From Treponema sp. (lineage in GTDB: Bacteria > Spirochaetota > Spirochaetia > Treponematales > Breznakiellaceae): DNA of 64,000 nt. The notes under the pieces were generated by a model that was not told the origin of the DNA, did not search any database, and worked only from the letters and a program-made list of their open reading frames with translations. A program made the translations under genes and the position numbers. The number at the start of each line of letters is the position of its first letter. Positions within the stretch are counted from its first letter, which is position 1. Location of the stretch: contig JAIRPG010000048.1 of assembly GCA_031257105.1 (NCBI GenBank), positions 2,684 to 66,683 of the forward strand, in the 5' to 3' direction. Positions 59,928 to 64,000 of this stretch are shown here, in pieces.

Positions 59928-61169
59928 TCAAAAAAATTCCTTAAGCCATCCGCCCAATAGGGTAAAAGGCGACGGGCGTTTGGTTTTTTCCCGTGGGACG
60001 GCTTCTCCATTCCACTCGGAACCGGCCCGGCGTTCCCGCTCGTCCCCTTCGAGAACCAAGCCCACCGCCGCGGCGTAAACCGGGCTGCGGTATTCCTCCA
60101 CCAACCCTCCCATGGACAAGGGAAGCCCCACCCGCACGGGGAGCCTAAAAAGATGCGAAGCTAACTCGGCGGCGCCCAGAAGCTGGGCCCCCCCACCGGT
60201 GAGCACGATTCCGCCGCCCAACGGACGGGGCAGTAAAAGTTTATCGAGTTTTTCTTTTACCATCGTGAAGATCTCTTCCATACGGGGCCTGATGATCTCC
60301 ATAATTTGAGAGCGGGGTATGGCCAGGGGTGAACGGTTTGCCACTCCCGGCACGATGATCTCATCATCCGCCTCGAGGAGTTCCTCCCAGCAACAGCCCG
60401 CGTCGGACTTGATCCGCTCCGCCGTCTCAAAGGAAATGTTCTTAATAATGGATATATCGTTGGTAACCTGCGAACCGCCGGCGGGAATTGTCGTTGTTGA
60501 ATAGGGACTCCCCTGAGAATAGACCATCACCTCGGTAGTCCCCCCCCCTAAATCGATAAGGGCGACCCCCAATTCTTTCTCTTCCTCGGTAAGAACCGCC
60601 CGGCCCGCCGCCAGGGACTGAAGGATAAGATCGTTCACCTTGAATCCGGCGCGGTTAACGCATTTGACCAAATTCTGAGCGCTCGTAACTGAACCGGTGA
60701 TGATATGTACCTCCGCCTCTAAGCGCACTCCGATCATGTCCAGCGGATCGCGGATGCCCTTTTGATCATCTACAATATACGATTGCGGGATCACCTCCAG
60801 AACCTGACGATCCATAGGGATCGCCACCGCCCGGGCCGCCTCAAGCACCCGGCTGAGATCATCGGGGCCGATTTCCCTCGTTTCCCGGCTTTTCCCGGTA
60901 ACGGCCACGACCCCTCGTGAATTGATTCCCTCTATATGGCTCCCCCCGATGCCGGTCCAACAGGTTTTAATCTCTTTGCCGCTCATCATTTCCGCCGCTT
61001 CAATGGCGTCTCTTACGGAACGCAGGGTAGCCTCGATGTTTACTACCACGCCTTTCCGCATACCGGTAGAAGGGCACATCCCCACCCCGGTAATTTCGAT
61101 ACCGGTTTCATTCCGCTCGCCGATAATAGCGCATACTTTTGTGGTACCTATATCAAGGCCGACCACCAA
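59928..61169 (-). CDS. ftsA: cell division protein FtsA
   Basis: VVGLDIGTTKVCAII, DLGGGTT and VLTGGGAQL are actin-fold motifs. Non-ATG start (TTG 61169 or GTG 61166). Confidence 0.95.
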   Translation of the reverse strand: MVVGLDIGTTKVCAIIGERNETGIEITGVGMCPSTGMRKGVVVNIEATLRSVRDAIEAAEMMSGKEIKTCWTGIGGSHIEGINSRGVVAVTGKSRETREIGPDDLSRVLEAARAVAIPMDRQVLEVIPQSYIVDDQKGIRDPLDMIGVRLEAEVHIITGSVTSAQNLVKCVNRAGFKVNDLILQSLAAGRAVLTEEEKELGVALIDLGGGTTEVMVYSQGSPYSTTTIPAGGSQVTNDISIIKNISFETAERIKSDAGCCWEELLEADDEIIVPGVANRSPLAIPRSQIMEIIRPRMEEIFTMVKEKLDKLLLPRPLGGGIVLTGGGAQLLGAAELASHLFRLPVRVGLPLSMGGLVEEYRSPVYAAAVGLVLEGDERERRAGSEWNGEAVPREKTKRPSPFTLLGGWLKEFF

Positions 61170-61176
61170 ATCATCA

Positions 61177-62016
61177 TTAGCCAGAATATGCCTCCTTTTT
61201 TATATAAGACGCCGTCCCGGTCCGCAGATCCACTTCATCAACAGTAACGCTCTGTGAAGAAAAAATATCGATCATTAAAAGCATATATCGAAGCATATCG
61301 TCATTAAGATCTGATTCCAAGCGGAACCGGATCTGCTGGTGAATTGGATAGAGGATCAAATCATACCCGCTGTAAGTCTTCCAGTTAATATGGATTTCCG
61401 ATACCGAAGCCAATAGCTCCGGAGAAACGGCGCTTATCTTCTCCAGCCGGGAAAAAAGGGCCTCGAACTGGGGGTGCAGCTTCATCCCCAGAAAAGCGCC
61501 CTCGAGCCCAAGCCCGGAGATGAGGGGGAGCGTCGGTACCGCCGGCCCATCTCTGCCGGAATTCCCAATTTTGATAACCACGCCGTGTTTGTCAAAATAG
61601 ACCGGACGGAGCCGATCTCCGATTGTTATCAGCGCCATAGCCGCAGGACGGCGAGGCTCCAACAATATCTGGAGGCGGTCGGGATACCGTTTTATTACCT
61701 TCGCCGATCCCACCTGGTAGAGTTCCTCCAGGGCATCTTTCACCGCCTGGGAATTGACCGTTATATAGGTGGAATGAGAGCCGATTCCCGCCTGGGCCAG
61801 TATCGCGGTACGGTCAATCCCGGGAATGCCCGCTACCTCCACCGACGACAGCGGCATCATAGCTTTTATCCCAAAGAGCCAAATAAGCTCCCCCCCCAGC
61901 GCCAGCGCAACTACAAAGATGAGTATTTTAAGCCATTTTTCCATGCCCGGAGCGGAATTTTCTTTAACCGCCTCTGTCGTTACCGGATCTTCGGCATAAA
62001 GGTAATTATCAGACAT
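61177..62016 (-). CDS. ftsQ: FtsQ-type cell division protein (TM plus POTRA)
   Basis: Single TM (ILIFVVALALGGELIWLFGI), a POTRA-like segment, and a position between ftsW and ftsA. Confidence 0.6.
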   Translation of the reverse strand: MSDNYLYAEDPVTTEAVKENSAPGMEKWLKILIFVVALALGGELIWLFGIKAMMPLSSVEVAGIPGIDRTAILAQAGIGSHSTYITVNSQAVKDALEELYQVGSAKVIKRYPDRLQILLEPRRPAAMALITIGDRLRPVYFDKHGVVIKIGNSGRDGPAVPTLPLISGLGLEGAFLGMKLHPQFEALFSRLEKISAVSPELLASVSEIHINWKTYSGYDLILYPIHQQIRFRLESDLNDDMLRYMLLMIDIFSSQSVTVDEVDLRTGTASYIKKEAYSG

Positions 62017-63163
62017 GCGGCGCCTCCCTGTTTTTTCTGTGCCGGGAAATATTGACGATAAGGCCGGTCATCGCCAGGGTAGTAAATAAAGAAGAACCGC
62101 CCGCTGAAAAAAACGGCAGGGGAAGCCCTGTGGTGGGCAGTATTCCTGATACGACCGCAATATTAACCAGAGCTTGAGAACTGATTATGGTCACCAAGCC
62201 GAATGCCAGAAGCCGCCTGAAAGTATCTTCCGCAGCCAAAGCCGTCCGGTATCCCCGAATAGTAAAAATACCGAAGAGCAGGAAGAATAACAGCACTCCC
62301 GCGAACCCGAATTCCTCCACATAAGAGGCAAATATAAAATCAGAGTGAACCTCTGGAATACTCGCTATCTTCCGGGTCCCTTGGCCTATCCCCTTACCCC
62401 AGAATCCCCCGGAACCAATGGTGATAAGAGCCGATCTGACCTGATAACCGGCGCCCAGAGGCTCCCAATCGGGCCAAATAAAGCTGATAAAACGACGGAG
62501 CCGATGCTCTTCGCTGAAAACAAGAAGGCCCGATATGGGGATCAGCATTACCGTAGCGCAAAGAAAATACCGGAGTCCGATACCCGCGAAAAAGAAAACC
62601 GCCAGGGCGTTAAAGGCAATAAAAACAGCCGTTGAGAAATTGTTCTGCCGATAGATCAAAAAGAAAAAAAGGCTTGTTATCAGAGCCGGAGGCAGTATTC
62701 CGCCGGGAAAAGCGTTGAGCCGTTCTTTTTTTTTGTCAAATATATGAGCAAGATACAAGGGCAGCGTTAATTTCACCAGTTCAGACGGCTGATATGTATA
62801 ATCCCCTAAGGCGATCCACCGGGAAGCGCCGTTTTTTGTTACCCCTATCCCCGGAATAAAAGGGAATATACACAGTATAAGGGAACTTATAACCAGCAGC
62901 GGCACCAGTTTCCGGATAATTTTCACTGAAACGCAGGATGCGAGGAAGAAGAGAAAAATCCCGACGATGCTGCTGACGATCTGCCGGGAAATAAAATGAT
63001 AAGGATTATGGTCTTCCGTAAAAAGTTCCGCAAAGGCGTAAGAAGAGGAATACAATGTCACCAGCCCAACGCCGGTAAGGACAAAGATGCCGGCAATAAG
63101 GAGATGATCGTAAGAGTATTTTTGGCCCGCCGGTTCCATCGATATCATAGCGTCTTCGCTCAC
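62009..63163 (-). CDS. ftsW: SEDS-family peptidoglycan glycosyltransferase FtsW
   Basis: 10-TM SEDS pattern, including RWIALGDYTYQPSELVKL, PDWEPLGAGYQ and PEVHSDFIFA. Confidence 0.85.
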   Translation of the reverse strand: MSEDAMISMEPAGQKYSYDHLLIAGIFVLTGVGLVTLYSSSYAFAELFTEDHNPYHFISRQIVSSIVGIFLFFLASCVSVKIIRKLVPLLVISSLILCIFPFIPGIGVTKNGASRWIALGDYTYQPSELVKLTLPLYLAHIFDKKKERLNAFPGGILPPALITSLFFFLIYRQNNFSTAVFIAFNALAVFFFAGIGLRYFLCATVMLIPISGLLVFSEEHRLRRFISFIWPDWEPLGAGYQVRSALITIGSGGFWGKGIGQGTRKIASIPEVHSDFIFASYVEEFGFAGVLLFFLLFGIFTIRGYRTALAAEDTFRRLLAFGLVTIISSQALVNIAVVSGILPTTGLPLPFFSAGGSSLFTTLAMTGLIVNISRHRKNREAPHV

Positions 63164-64000
63164 TGAATTTTTAAGGTAGAAAGGGCGATAATGGCGAACA
63201 GTCCGCCTAAAATCCAGAAACGGATCACCACTTTGGTCTCCGCCCAGCCCGCAAGCTCAAAGTGATGGTGTATGGGGGTCATCTTAAAAACCCGCTTCTT
63301 CCGTAGTTTAAACGATGTCACCTGAATAACCACCGACGCGATCTCCAGCACAAAAACGCCGCCGATAATAAGCAACAACATCTCTTTCTTGATAATAAGG
63401 GAGATGACCGCCAGTACCCCTCCGAGGGAAAGGCTTCCTACATCTCCAAGGAACACTTCCGCGGGGTGGGTATTAAACCAAAGGAAACCGATACAGGCTC
63501 CCACCGCCGCAAGACAGAAAACGGTCAATTCCCCCGCTCCTGAAATATAAGGAATTCCCAAATAGGAAGAGTAGTCGGTTCGTCCGGAAAGGTATGTCAG
63601 AATCGCCAATGCGATAAACACCAATATAAGCAGCCCCGCTAAAAGACCGTCAAGGCCATCGGTAAAATTCACCGCGTTAGATTCCCCAACGATAAGGAGG
63701 ATCCCAAAGGGTATCCAAAGCACCCCCAGATCCACCACCGAATTTTTGAAAAAAGGAATATACAGATTCGTGATACCTTTCTCTCCGGAAAAATAGAGAA
63801 TGAGCATCACTACCAATGCCACGACAAATTGACCGGCTAGTTTTGCCCCGGCGGACAATCCGCCTGAATTATGCTTCGTCACCTTGAGGTAATCGTCGAT
63901 AAAACCGATGAGCCCGAAGGCCAAAAAAGCCCCCAAGGTAACCCACACCTTGCTATTAGTCCAGTCCTGCCAGAGTAGGGTTGCCACGGTTACGGAAAGG
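63160..64000 (-). CDS. mraY: phospho-N-acetylmuramoyl-pentapeptide transferase MraY (C-terminal about 280 aa; gene continues past the window end)
   Basis: NAVNFTDGLDGLLAG, VFLGDVGSL and MTPIHHHFELAGW. The frame stays open upstream of the listed GTG to position 64000. Confidence 0.9.
   Translation of the reverse strand, partial: LSVTVATLLWQDWTNSKVWVTLGAFLAFGLIGFIDDYLKVTKHNSGGLSAGAKLAGQFVVALVVMLILYFSGEKGITNLYIPFFKNSVVDLGVLWIPFGILLIVGESNAVNFTDGLDGLLAGLLILVFIALAILTYLSGRTDYSSYLGIPYISGAGELTVFCLAAVGACIGFLWFNTHPAEVFLGDVGSLSLGGVLAVISLIIKKEMLLLIIGGVFVLEIASVVIQVTSFKLRKKRVFKMTPIHHHFELAGWAETKVVIRFWILGGLFAIIALSTLKIQ

Overview
This is a 64-kb chromosomal segment, GC-rich overall with a few clearly more AT-rich stretches. 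It is most consistent with a diderm, flagellated bacterium of the spirochete type (Treponema/Spirochaeta-like). That assignment is inferred from gene content and order only. About 58 protein genes are tightly packed, plus one tRNA-Pro(GGG).

Left third (plus strand): an apparent six-gene operon hprK-ptsH-NtrY-like kinase-sigma-54 response regulator-lexA-holA, then HAD hydrolase, prfB (with the classic +1 frameshift site), a PEGA-like protein, ftsY, a repeat-rich secreted protein, lolC/D/E-like genes, ptsI and der.

Middle: tatD and DinB-family genes, an AT-rich lipoprotein/beta-barrel pair, birA, a DUF4965 glutaminase-like gene, an ArsB/NhaD-type permease, a THUMP methyltransferase, and class II ribonucleotide reductase nrdJ. 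Then comes a second AT-rich block holding a double-DPBB RlpA-like protein, a PotD-like binding protein and a cNMP-domain/NhaC-like transporter fusion, followed by a Na/Pi cotransporter, a MATE pump and rdgB.

Right third (minus strand): one 20-kb co-directional supercluster, mraY(partial)-ftsW-ftsQ-ftsA-ftsZ-xerD-TPR-dprA-topA-xerC-hslV-hslU-flgB-flgC-fliE-fliF-fliG-fliH-fliI-fliJ.

I saw no CRISPR array, transposase, prophage or recognisable defence island. The candidates most worth follow-up are:
- the PotD-type binding protein paired with a cyclic-nucleotide-domain secondary transporter and no ABC partner;
- the PTS-regulatory/sigma-54 two-component/lexA/holA operon;
- a family of conserved palindromic elements that abut TAG stop codons and bracket the DUF4965 gene;
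- an nrdJ control region with NrdR-like boxes, 8-mer repeats and a G-quadruplex motif;
- several in-frame short tandem repeats inside housekeeping genes.

All functional calls come from reading the translated ORFs by eye. No database search was run.
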